A stretch of 64,000 bases of DNA, taken from positions 39,627 through 103,626 of the forward strand of contig JBCCQQ010000015.1 of assembly GCA_039024555.1 (NCBI GenBank), given 5' to 3'. This DNA is from Cyanobacteria bacterium P01_D01_bin.156 (GTDB lineage Bacteria > Cyanobacteriota > Cyanobacteriia > Phormidesmidales > Phormidesmidaceae). A program made the position numbers and the translations under genes. Positions 18,857 through 29,300 of this stretch are shown one piece after another. The notes below the pieces were generated by a model. That model was given only the letters and a program-made list of their open reading frames with translations. It was not told the DNA's origin and did not search any database. Position 1 is the stretch's first letter. Each line of letters starts with the position of its first letter.

Positions 18857-21800
18857 ATGGCAGATTTTTTAGAGAGAATTGGTGGTGCCACCAGTGAGCT
18901 AGGTGCCGAGATTACGGCGTTTGATCCAGCGAGTCAGTCATTATTTGTAGTCAGCGGTGGTACTGAGGTACAGCTGTTTAGTCTGGCTGACCCCAGCAAC
19001 CCTACTTCCTTAGGGGCACTGGATGTCGCTGACGTTATCCCCAACATTGATGGGGTAAATAGTGTGGCTGTGGCCGATGGACTGGTTGCGATCGCAATTG
19101 GTGCAGATCCTCAAACCGACCCTGGTTTTGTAGCTGTGGCTGACATCGCCGCTGTAACTGCAGGTGACCCCAGCGCATTTACCGTAGTGCAGGTGGGTGC
19201 CCTACCCGACAACATTGTTTTTAGCCCCGACGGCACTAAGTTAATTACAGCTAACGAAGGGGAGCCCGATGACGGTGTAGATCCCAACGGTTCCGTCAGC
19301 ATCATCGATGTATCTGGTGGTATCGCTGGAATTTCCCAAGACAGCGTCGTCACCGTTGGGTTTGAAGCCTTTGATGGTCGTGAAGCTGACCTCCGAGCTG
19401 ACGGTGTGCGCATCTTTCCCGATGCTGGTGCCGCCCAAGACCTTGAGCCTGAATATGTAGCGGTTTCTCCCGATGGCTCCCAGGCTTTCGTTACTCTGCA
19501 AGAGAACAACGCCCTGGCGGTTATCAACCTAGCAACCAACGAAGTTGAAGGGATTGTTCCCCTGGGTGTTAAGGACTTTAGTCAGGGTCTGCCCAACCTA
19601 ACCAACTTTGATATTACCGACCGTGGTGATATCACCAACGGTGGCGATGCCCTAACCACTGCCACTGGCGAGACCATCGAGCTGGGTGGTTTTTCTGGTC
19701 TTTGGTATGACGGCGTTGCAGAAAATGGCAACCTCAAGTTCTTGGCAGTTCCCGACCGGGGTCCCAACGGTGACCCTCTGGACCTAGATGGCAACGGCAG
19801 TACTGAATCCCGTGCCTTCTTGCTACCCGACTACCAGTCCCGTGTAGTCTCCTTAGAACTCAATGAAGAAACTGGCGAAGTTTCCATCACTGACGAGTTG
19901 TTTCTCACCCAGGCCGATGGTACGCCAATCACCGGCCTGCCCAACATTCCCAACGTGGACCGTACCGCTGTGGATGCGGAACAGAACCCCGTTGACCTGG
20001 ATGACTTAACCCAGTTGGATGCCTCTGAATTTGGGTCTGACTTTGACCCCTTTGGTGCTGACCTAGAGGGCATCGTCCGCGCTGGAGACGGCACCTTCTG
20101 GATGGTGGATGAGTATCGTCCCGCTATCTACCACTTCAACGAAGACGGCACCCTAATTGACCGCTTTGTTCCTGAGGGCACGGTAGACCAGGCTAACGAA
20201 GCCAACCCTGGTACCACCTTTGCAGAAGGCACATTCGGTACTGAAACACTGCCTGAGGAGTATCTCAACCGCCGTCGCAACCGTGGTTTTGAGGGTATGG
20301 CCCTGGATACTGACGAAGGCATTCTCTACGCCTTTATCCAGACGCCCATGAGCAACCCCACTCGTGCCGATGGCGATGCCTCCAGCGTCATTCGCATGAT
20401 TGGTATCAACCCTGAAACTGGCGAGCCTGTTGCTGAGTACGTTTACCTGATTCAGGACCCTGAGGTGGGTAACAACGTCGACAAAATCGGCGATGCGGTG
20501 TATGCAGGCGATGGCAAATTCTTTGTCATGGAGCGAGATTCTGCCCTAGACCCCACGGCTCAGAAGTTTGTCTTTGAAGTGGATATCAAGGGAGCCACTA
20601 ACGTTCTGGGTCAGGACTTTGGCGGTGAAACCCTAGAGCAGCAAACGCCTGATGATTTAGCTGATGCCGGTATTCAGGTCGTTAACAAGGTTAAGGTCAC
20701 TAATCTGCCTTCCATCGGTTATTTACCATCCGATAAGCCCGAAGGTTTGGCGCTGCTGCCCGATGGTCGTCTAGCCGTCCTTAACGACAACGACTTTGGC
20801 TTAGAGCCTGGTGCTGAAGCGGTTCAGCTGGGTCTGATTGACTTTGCTGGTGAAGCTGCCCCTGGTGCTAGCAACGGGTTGGATGCTAGCGATCGCGACG
20901 GTGCTGATGGTGAAGGTGCCATCAACATCCAAAATCAGCCCGTATTTGGCTTGTTTATGCCCGACTCCATTGCTTCCTTCGAAGCCAATGGTCAAACCTA
21001 TTACATCACCGCCAATGAAGGTGACGACCGCGGCGATGCCGATGAAGACGAGCGCGGCGATGCTGTTCGTCTAAAGGATCTAGCCGATGTGACTTCCTTC
21101 GGTCGCAATGGTTTAGCCCTAGATGAGAGCCTCGACCCCGCCCTAGCCGAAGATGAGAACCTAGGTCGTTTGGCCATTTCCACCATCGATGGCGACATTG
21201 ACGGTGACGGTGACCTAGACCAGCTGTTCTCCTACGGCGGTCGTTCCTTCTCCATCTGGGACGAGAATGGCAACCAAGTTTATGACAGTGGCAGCCTGAT
21301 TGCTGAAATTACAGCCGAACAGACTCCTGAATTGTTTAACGCCAACAACGGTAGCCCTGAGGACTTCGACACCCGTTCTGATAACAAAGGTGCAGAACCT
21401 GAAGCAGTTACCACAGGTGAAATCGGCGGTGTACCCTTTGCCTTTGTTGGCCTAGAGCGTGCCGGTGGCGGTGTGCTGGCCTTTAATCTCAGCGACCCCA
21501 CCAATCCTGAGTTTGTACAGTACGCTCGCAGTGATGAGGATGTCGCCCCCGAGGGTCTCACCTTTATCTCAGCTGAGGATAGCCCCAACGGTCAGCCCCT
21601 ATTAGCCGTGGCTAACGAAGTTTCCAACACCCTGGCGGTATATGAAGCCAATGTGGAAGCTGCCACTATCTCTGAGATTCAGGGTGAGGGCCATATCTCT
21701 CCTCTAGTAGGTGAGCTGGTACAGACTGAAGGCATTGTGACTGCGGTAGATTTCCGTGGCTACTACGTCCAGGGCGCTGACGATGGTAATGACGCGACCT

Positions 21801-24800
21801 CCGAAGGTTTGTTTATCTCCACCAGCGGTAGCCCCACCGTCGAAGTTGGCGATGAAGTTCGTCTGTTTGGTGTAATCAGCGAGTTTATCCCTGGCGGTGC
21901 CGACACTGGCAACCTATCCACCACCCAGATGAGAAACCCTGATGTGGTGATTCTGTCCTCTGGCAATGAGTTACCGGCAGCGGTTGTCATCGGTGCGAGC
22001 GGTCGTCTGGCCCCCAGCGAGACCGTTATTAGCTCCGATGAGCTACCAGTAAACCTCCAGGAAGAAGCCGGTAACTTTGACCCCAGTGAAGATGCCATCG
22101 ACTTCTACGAAACCCTAGAAGGGATGCGCGTCACTGTGGAAGATGCCGTAGCCGTATCTCCCACCCGCGTATTTAGCGCGTTCTCTGCTGAGGCCTTCAC
22201 TCTGCCTAACCAGGGTGCGGGGGTTACTCCCGAGGATGGTCTCACATCTCGCGGTGGCATTAACCTCAACTCCGGTGCTGAGAACACTGGTGATCAAAAC
22301 CCCGAGCGAGTACAGATTCAGCTCAACCCCAATACCATGCCCGAGGGCTTTGACATTCCTGCGCTGACCGTCGGCGATCAGCTAGGCGATGTTACCGGCG
22401 TTGTGGGCTATAGCTTTGGTAACTTCGAAGTGAATGTTACCGAGGAGTTTGAAATTACTCCCAGCGGTCTAGAGCAGGAAGTCACCACCATTACGGGCAG
22501 TGACAACGATCTGACTGTAGCCAGCTACAACGTGCTAAACCTGGCAGCTGACGGTACAGACGAAGCTCAGTTTGACCTACTGGCTGAGCAAATTGTTACC
22601 AACCTGAACGCCCCTGACATTGTTGCCCTGCAAGAGATTCAGGACAACAGCGGTGTTGCCGATGACGGTACGGTGGACGGCACTGAAACGCTGCAAGCAT
22701 TGGTAGATGCCATTGCCGCAGCCGGTGGTCCCACCTATGAGTTCTTCGACATTACGCCTGAGAACAACACCCAAGGCGGCGTTCCCGGTGGCAACATCCG
22801 CAACGCCTATCTGTACAACCCAGAGCGCGTCGAATTAGATTCTTTTGCTGCCATCGATCAGGATGCTGCATTTGAAGGTACTCGCCTTCCCCTAGTGGCC
22901 AACTTTACCTTCAACGGCAACCTGGTGACTGTTGTCAACAACCACCTCACCTCTCGCTTTGGGTCTTCCCCTGTATTTGGCGGACCCCAGCCTTTCGTCC
23001 AAGCAGGTGAAGAAGAGCGAGAAGCCCAGGCTCAGGCCCTTAACGACTTTGTGGATAGCATTGTCGACACCAACCCTGATGCCAAGGTGATTGTACTAGG
23101 TGACCTTAATACCTTTGAGTTCACCAATGACCTAGCAGAAATTCTTCCCGGCACTGGTGATGAACAAGTTCTCACCAACCTGGTAGACCAGGCCGTTGCC
23201 GAAGATGATGCGTATACCTTCATCTTCGATGGCAACAGCCAAGTGCTGGACCACATGTTTGTAACTGATTCGTTGTTAGAGGGAGCTGAGTTTGACATTG
23301 TTCATGTCAACAACGATTTCCCTCGCGATGACAACGGTGCTCTGTTCGACAGCATTGTGGCCAGTGACCATGAACCCCTAGTTGCAAAATTTACTCTAGA
23401 AGAAACTGTGACTGAACCATCCACATTTACCCTACAGCTGCTCCACGCAGCTGACCAGGAAGCAGGCATTCCTGCCCTGGATGATGCTCCCAACTTCTCT
23501 GCAGTACTTAACGCCCTGCGGGATGACTTTGACAACACAGTTACCCTATCTTCTGGTGACGCTATTCTGCCTGGTCTCTTCTTTAGTGCCAGTGAAGACA
23601 TATTTGGTGGTCAGGGCCGTGCTGATATCCTAATTCAAAATGAATTGGGCTTTGAAGCCATCGCCCTAGGTAACCATGAGTTTGACCTGGGTACAGGCTT
23701 ACTAAGCGACTTGATTGGTGGCGCAGAAGATGACCCAACCACCCCTGATGTGGATGAGTCCTTTGAAGGTACTCAGTTCCCCTACCTAAGTGCCAACCTA
23801 GACTTCAGCACCGATGAAAATCTTGCTGACTTGGTAGTACCCGATGACCAAGCACCTCAGTCCAACAGCCTAGCAGCAACTACTGTTATTACTGTTGGCG
23901 GTGAGAAGATTGGCGTTGTTGGTGCAACTACACCCACTCTGCCAATCATTGCGAGCCCTGATGGTGTTACTGTTCTACCCGAAGACTTTGACGGTACTCC
24001 TACCGCAGAACAGCTAGATGCCCTAGCTGCGGAAATCCAGCAGGACGTGGATGAGATGCTAGCCCTTAACCCTGGCTTGAACAAGGTTATTCTGCTCTCC
24101 CACATGCAACAAATTAGCATTGAGCAAGAGCTAGCCACCCGCCTAAGCGGTGTAGACATTATTGTTGCTGGTGGTTCCAACTCCACCCTAGCGGACGAGA
24201 ATGATCGTTTGCGCGATGGTGATGAAGCGCAGGGCACTTACCCCATCTTTTCCACCGATGCTGACGGCAACCCTGTTGCGATTGTTAACACCGACGGTAA
24301 CTACAGGTATGTAGGTCGCCTAGTGGTTGACTTTGATGAGAACGGTGTCATCATTCCTGAGAGCTACGACGCCGATGTTAGCGGTGCCTATGCCACTGAC
24401 GATGAAGGTGTTGCAGCTTTGGGTGCAGAGAATCTGGTAGATCCTGAAGTTCAGGCCATCGTAGATGCTCTAGAAGACGTCATTGTTGAGAAGGAAAGCA
24501 ATGTCTTTGGTATCAGTGATGTATACCTGAACGGTGTGCGCAGCAGCGTGCGGACCGAGGAAACCAACCTGGGTAACTTGACTGCTGATGCTAACCTTGC
24601 GATCGCTCAAGAATCTGACCCTAGCGTTGTTATCTCCCTTAAGAACGGCGGCGGCATCCGTGATGACATCGGTCGTGTTGTGATTCCTGCCGGTGGTACT
24701 GGTGAGCCTGAGCTGCTACCCAACGAAGCGATTCCTAACGTTAAGCCCGAGGGCGGCATTTCTGAAACCGATATTGCCAATACCCTACGGTTTAACAATG

Positions 24801-25876
24801 GTCTAACTCTGTTGACCATTACCGCCGAAGAACTGCTAGCCGTTATCGAGCACGGAGTTGCAGCTACTGCAGAAGGTGAAACTCCCGGTCGTTTCCCCCA
24901 GGTGAGCGGTCTTGAGTTTAGCTTTGATCCTGCTGCTACTCCTGAGGATCGGGTACAGTCCCTAGTGGTTCTTGATGCAGACGGCAATGACGCTGATGTC
25001 ATCGTCGAAAATGGTGAGCTTGTCGGTGACCCCAGCCGCACCTTCCGGATGGTAACCCTCAGCTTCCTAGCTGGTGGTGGTGACGGCTACCCCTTCCCTG
25101 AGCGCGATGTCGTTCAGCTGGCACAAGAAGATGATGCAGCGCGCACTGGTATGGCTACATTTGCCCCCGATGGTTCTGAGCAAGATGCTTTAGCAGAGTA
25201 CTTGGCAGATAACTTTAGCACTGACGAGACTGCTTTTGATACTGCTGATGTATCCCCTGAAGAGGATACTCGCATTCAGAACCTAGCTTTCCGGGAAGAT
25301 ACTGTTATCGACAATGTTGATGACGGTGTAATTCCCGATGCTGACGTTCCTGGTACTGGTGGCGATGATACGCTAGCTGGCGGTCTAGGCGACCAAATCA
25401 TCAGCGGTGGCAACGGCGATGATGTCCTTCGCGGTGACCTCAACAGCAGAGATCCTCAGGGGCGCTCTGGTGGTGACGATGCCATCTTTGGTGGTGCAGG
25501 CAATGACCGCATCGGTGGTAAGGGCGGCAACGACTTACTATTCGGTGATGAAGGCGATGACCAGATTTGGGGTGACGATGGCGATGACCTGCTACAGGGC
25601 GGTCTAGGCAACGATACCCTAACTGGTGATAACTTCTCCGGTGGTGAAGGTTCTGATATCTTTGCCTTTGCTGCAGATGAAGGTACTGATACTGTGACTG
25701 ACTTCGAAGTGGGTATCGACAGCATTGGCCTAGTTGGTGGCTTGAACTTTGGCGCCATCACTCAGACTGTTCAAGGCAGTGACCTGCTGTTGAACACTGG
25801 TATTGAAACTCTTGCCGTACTTGAAGGCGTTACTGCTCCTTTAGCAGAAAGCTCCTTCATCGAGTTCTTTGCTTAA
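18857..25876 (+). CDS. Giant secreted multi-domain phosphatase/nuclease (choice-of-anchor I/PhoA-like, phytase-like esterase, ExeM/NucH-like nuclease, 5'-nucleotidase, RTX repeats)
   Basis: Motifs GALPD..TANEGEP, LEPEY, DRGPN, NRGFEG, DKPEG..NDNDFG, RSDNKGAEPE, ISEIQG, ALQEIQD, GDLN..SDHEP, LHAADQE, GNHEFD, ETNLGNLTADA and GRFPQVSG, plus GGxGxD nonamers. No signal peptide. Confidence 0.93.
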   Translation: MADFLERIGGATSELGAEITAFDPASQSLFVVSGGTEVQLFSLADPSNPTSLGALDVADVIPNIDGVNSVAVADGLVAIAIGADPQTDPGFVAVADIAAVTAGDPSAFTVVQVGALPDNIVFSPDGTKLITANEGEPDDGVDPNGSVSIIDVSGGIAGISQDSVVTVGFEAFDGREADLRADGVRIFPDAGAAQDLEPEYVAVSPDGSQAFVTLQENNALAVINLATNEVEGIVPLGVKDFSQGLPNLTNFDITDRGDITNGGDALTTATGETIELGGFSGLWYDGVAENGNLKFLAVPDRGPNGDPLDLDGNGSTESRAFLLPDYQSRVVSLELNEETGEVSITDELFLTQADGTPITGLPNIPNVDRTAVDAEQNPVDLDDLTQLDASEFGSDFDPFGADLEGIVRAGDGTFWMVDEYRPAIYHFNEDGTLIDRFVPEGTVDQANEANPGTTFAEGTFGTETLPEEYLNRRRNRGFEGMALDTDEGILYAFIQTPMSNPTRADGDASSVIRMIGINPETGEPVAEYVYLIQDPEVGNNVDKIGDAVYAGDGKFFVMERDSALDPTAQKFVFEVDIKGATNVLGQDFGGETLEQQTPDDLADAGIQVVNKVKVTNLPSIGYLPSDKPEGLALLPDGRLAVLNDNDFGLEPGAEAVQLGLIDFAGEAAPGASNGLDASDRDGADGEGAINIQNQPVFGLFMPDSIASFEANGQTYYITANEGDDRGDADEDERGDAVRLKDLADVTSFGRNGLALDESLDPALAEDENLGRLAISTIDGDIDGDGDLDQLFSYGGRSFSIWDENGNQVYDSGSLIAEITAEQTPELFNANNGSPEDFDTRSDNKGAEPEAVTTGEIGGVPFAFVGLERAGGGVLAFNLSDPTNPEFVQYARSDEDVAPEGLTFISAEDSPNGQPLLAVANEVSNTLAVYEANVEAATISEIQGEGHISPLVGELVQTEGIVTAVDFRGYYVQGADDGNDATSEGLFISTSGSPTVEVGDEVRLFGVISEFIPGGADTGNLSTTQMRNPDVVILSSGNELPAAVVIGASGRLAPSETVISSDELPVNLQEEAGNFDPSEDAIDFYETLEGMRVTVEDAVAVSPTRVFSAFSAEAFTLPNQGAGVTPEDGLTSRGGINLNSGAENTGDQNPERVQIQLNPNTMPEGFDIPALTVGDQLGDVTGVVGYSFGNFEVNVTEEFEITPSGLEQEVTTITGSDNDLTVASYNVLNLAADGTDEAQFDLLAEQIVTNLNAPDIVALQEIQDNSGVADDGTVDGTETLQALVDAIAAAGGPTYEFFDITPENNTQGGVPGGNIRNAYLYNPERVELDSFAAIDQDAAFEGTRLPLVANFTFNGNLVTVVNNHLTSRFGSSPVFGGPQPFVQAGEEEREAQAQALNDFVDSIVDTNPDAKVIVLGDLNTFEFTNDLAEILPGTGDEQVLTNLVDQAVAEDDAYTFIFDGNSQVLDHMFVTDSLLEGAEFDIVHVNNDFPRDDNGALFDSIVASDHEPLVAKFTLEETVTEPSTFTLQLLHAADQEAGIPALDDAPNFSAVLNALRDDFDNTVTLSSGDAILPGLFFSASEDIFGGQGRADILIQNELGFEAIALGNHEFDLGTGLLSDLIGGAEDDPTTPDVDESFEGTQFPYLSANLDFSTDENLADLVVPDDQAPQSNSLAATTVITVGGEKIGVVGATTPTLPIIASPDGVTVLPEDFDGTPTAEQLDALAAEIQQDVDEMLALNPGLNKVILLSHMQQISIEQELATRLSGVDIIVAGGSNSTLADENDRLRDGDEAQGTYPIFSTDADGNPVAIVNTDGNYRYVGRLVVDFDENGVIIPESYDADVSGAYATDDEGVAALGAENLVDPEVQAIVDALEDVIVEKESNVFGISDVYLNGVRSSVRTEETNLGNLTADANLAIAQESDPSVVISLKNGGGIRDDIGRVVIPAGGTGEPELLPNEAIPNVKPEGGISETDIANTLRFNNGLTLLTITAEELLAVIEHGVAATAEGETPGRFPQVSGLEFSFDPAATPEDRVQSLVVLDADGNDADVIVENGELVGDPSRTFRMVTLSFLAGGGDGYPFPERDVVQLAQEDDAARTGMATFAPDGSEQDALAEYLADNFSTDETAFDTADVSPEEDTRIQNLAFREDTVIDNVDDGVIPDADVPGTGGDDTLAGGLGDQIISGGNGDDVLRGDLNSRDPQGRSGGDDAIFGGAGNDRIGGKGGNDLLFGDEGDDQIWGDDGDDLLQGGLGNDTLTGDNFSGGEGSDIFAFAADEGTDTVTDFEVGIDSIGLVGGLNFGAITQTVQGSDLLLNTGIETLAVLEGVTAPLAESSFIEFFA

Positions 25877-25955
25877 ACACTTAAGCTACTTCAAGGTGAT
25901 TGGTTTGAGTACTCGTACAAAAAATCAATCACTGTGAAGAAAGGAAATAAGCAAC

Positions 25956-25995
25956 CTAAAGCGGGTTGGTGTGTAACTGCATCAGCCCGCTTTAG
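25956..25995 (+). terminator. Rho-independent terminator-like hairpin
   Basis: CTAAAGCGGGTTGGTG...CATCAGCCCGCTTTAG followed by a T-rich tract, downstream of the giant phosphatase. Confidence 0.65.
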
Positions 25996-26348
25996 CTCTT
26001 TAAAGACTTTTCTTTGAGAAGACTGCCCTGATATCTATATTATTTACCCTGATCGTAAGACTAATAGTGCATAAGTCTCATATCTCTAACATCACTTAAT
26101 TCATCTACTGCTGACGAATTAATGCTCAAAACACTTTCTACACAAAAAATAGTGTGAAGGCAACAACTAGGGCGAATAGAAGCAAAGCGCCAGTGCTCCA
26201 TTAAATCCTTGAAGGTAAATAGCTATAATCGTTAAGCTTAGCTAACCGTCTGATATCAGACTACAACGTATTTTTTCTTCTAGAAGGGTGTAAGCTAGCT
26301 CTCTAAAAGTAGCTGTGTTCAATCAATCTTGATTTTTTTGTAAAGATT

Positions 26349-29300
26349 ATGAATTTTTTTTCCAGGCTGAATATATTTTTAGCCTTGAGTTCCGTTCTCG
26401 TTACAGTCAATACAGTTACTGCTACTTATGCACAAACTAGTGAGCTGCAGATAGCCCAAACGGAAGCAACTGACCAAACACTTAAGCAAGAAGCTGATGA
26501 CCTTTACAACCAAGGTAATCGGCAAGCTAATTCACAACAATTTTTACAAGCTGAGGAAAGTTTAGAAAAAGCCCTAACGCTTTATCAAAGCTTAGGCGAC
26601 CGCAATGCTCAAGGAAATGTGTACTTCAGCCTTGGTAACCTCTACTTCAAACTTGAAGATTATGCAAAATCACTAAATTATCAACAACAAGCACTAGAGA
26701 TTGCTCAAGAGATTCAAGATCAGAACTTAGAAGCGAGTATTTCTAATAATGTTGGCAATATTTATTTTGAGCAAGACGAACTAGCATTAGCGCTCCAATA
26801 CTACGAAGCCACTCTAGCAATCTTGGCAGAAAGCCCGAACCCACAGCTTGAAATTATTACTCTCGGGAATCTGGGCAGGCGCTATTACGAACAAGATAGG
26901 TTTGAAGAATTTATTCCATTGTTCGAGCGTCGTCTTGAGCTCGTACGTGCAGCCAATAATCCTGATTTAGAAGCACAAATTATTGACCAACTGTTAGAAG
27001 TCTATGAGATCTTAGAACAGCCTGAAACTGAAAACACCTTAAAGCTTCAAGCTGATCAGCTTTTTTTACAAGGCACACAACAGCTTAATTTGGAGCAAGT
27101 TTTAGAAGCCCAGCAAAGCTTAGAGCTAGCGCTAAATCGTTATCAAGAATTAGGTGATCAGTCCGCAGTGGGGCAAACCTACAAACAGTTAGGTAATGTA
27201 TACTTCTTTCAAGAAAACTATGAAGCTTCTCTAAATTATCAACAACAGGCACTCGACGTTGCAAAAATGCTTCAAGACAAAGATCTTGAAGCGAGAGCTC
27301 TAAATAATATTGGGAATGTCTATAACGCTACAGATGATCAAACGTTAGCGATTGACTTCTACCAAAAAGCTCTGGAAGTTGCTAAAAATGACTCAAATGG
27401 GCAAATAGTAATTGTTGCCTTAAAAAATTTGAGAAAGGTTTACTTCGAACAAGATGCCTTAGAAGACTACATCCAAGTATCAGAACAGCTTTTAGGAATT
27501 GCACTAAATACCACAGACGCAAAGGCATCTTTTAATCTTAGCCTTGGGATTGTAGGTGCCCAGAACCGCCTAGGCAATGTAGATAAAGCTGTCAATTTTG
27601 CTGCACTTGCCACAGAACTTCTCTCAAAAGTAGAGGATGATCAATTCATATTGAATTCCTATGAGCCACTGTTTGATTTCTATGACACTCGCCGTGATTA
27701 TAGGGAGCTGGTTACTTTATCAGAAAGTCTCCTTGACGCTTCAAGGAGACTTTCTGATCTTCCCAATGAAGTTGGTTTTTTGTCAGTTCTCAGTCTATTT
27801 CACAGAACGTTAAGCAATTACGACGCATCTATTGAAGCCGCCAATGCATTATTAGCAATTGCATTAGAGAATCAGAATGAGGATCTTGAGGCTTTGGCCA
27901 ATTTTTTTCTAGCACAGACCTATTCAGAGCAAGGTGAGCTTCAAAAAGCAATCGAGTTCTCTGAGAGATCTGCTGCCCTGGCACGACAAGCTAAAGACCT
28001 AGAGGCTGAAATTTCTGCTAATTTGTTGACAGCAGAAGTCTATCTGAATCAAGGTGAGTTTCAAAAAGCAATCGAGTTCTCGGAAAAATCTGCTGCTTTA
28101 GCACAACAGGCAGATGATTTAGAAGCTGAAGCGAATTCGCTAAGGATTTTAGCGAATTCATTACGAAAACAAAACCGTTACCGAGAAGCTATTGAAGCTG
28201 CAGAAGAAAGCATTCAAGTAGCCCAAAAGAGCGATTCACTTGGTTCAATAGTAACTGTTTTTCAAGCCAGGCTATCACTGACTTTTATATATTTTGATCT
28301 GGGAGATTATCAGAGGGCTTCAGAAACATCACAGGAAATGATTGCAGGTCTAGAATCATTTGTTGAAGTCAATTTAAGTGAGGCGGGGGTAAACGGAGAA
28401 CTCATAGAGTATTTGGCTGAGTTTTCAAACTTGTTCAATTCGCTCATGTCAGCAATGTATTTATTTACGCAAAACGACTATCAACAGATGGTTGCTCTGT
28501 TGAGCATGACTGATCTAGCTTTTCTTGAGAAATCTTCTGAGGGAAATTCAATTTTTAATGCTGATCTTCAGACACTAGATATTCTTATCAAGCTTTTACT
28601 GGCTCTTGGGTATAACAGCTTAGGAGACTATGACGCAGGCTTGAGAGTTACCAAGGCCGCAATAGACTTATCTCAAAGTATCAGTTCTCAGACATCAGTA
28701 GGACAATTTTCTATTATTGATCCTCAAACAGCAGAGGGGGTTAGTCTTTTTTTGATTGGCGACATGGAAAGGAGAAGAGGCAACTTTAATACTGCTTTAA
28801 AGTATTATCAAGAAGCAAATGCCATAGTTGCCAGTTCTACTATAAAAGTGGGACTAGCTCGTACCTACAGTGAGTTAGGTTTAACCAATACCGCTATCAG
28901 TCACTATAAGAATGCCGTTAAAAGCACCGAAGTTCGCAGAGAAAATATTACATCTGAACTGGATTCTGGATTTCAATCATTTTTTCTGCAAAAGGTAGAT
29001 GCGGATGGCACAAGAGTTTCAGACGTTTATCGAGAATTGGCAGATTTGTTGCTCTCCCAAGGTCGTATTCCTGAAGCACAGCAGGTATTAGATTTATTGA
29101 AAGTTGAAGAATTAAACGAATTTGTTGGCAACACTCGGGCCACCTGGACTACAGATGGGCTTCAATATACCGATTTAGAAAAACCCATTGTAGAAACTTA
29201 CGATAGTCTAATCGCCCTTGGGCGAGAAATCTACGAGTGCCTGCAAACCAACTGTGCTCAGCGAAATGAGCTATTCGATCAGCAAGACAAGCTCAATAAG

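Noticed and set aside
19111..25761. Many 60-145 aa minus-strand ORFs inside the giant phosphatase (similar ones lie within tamB, the TPS genes and the OPP genes)
   Set aside because: These are antisense shadows of strongly codon-biased genes. They are S/P/T-rich and have no motifs.
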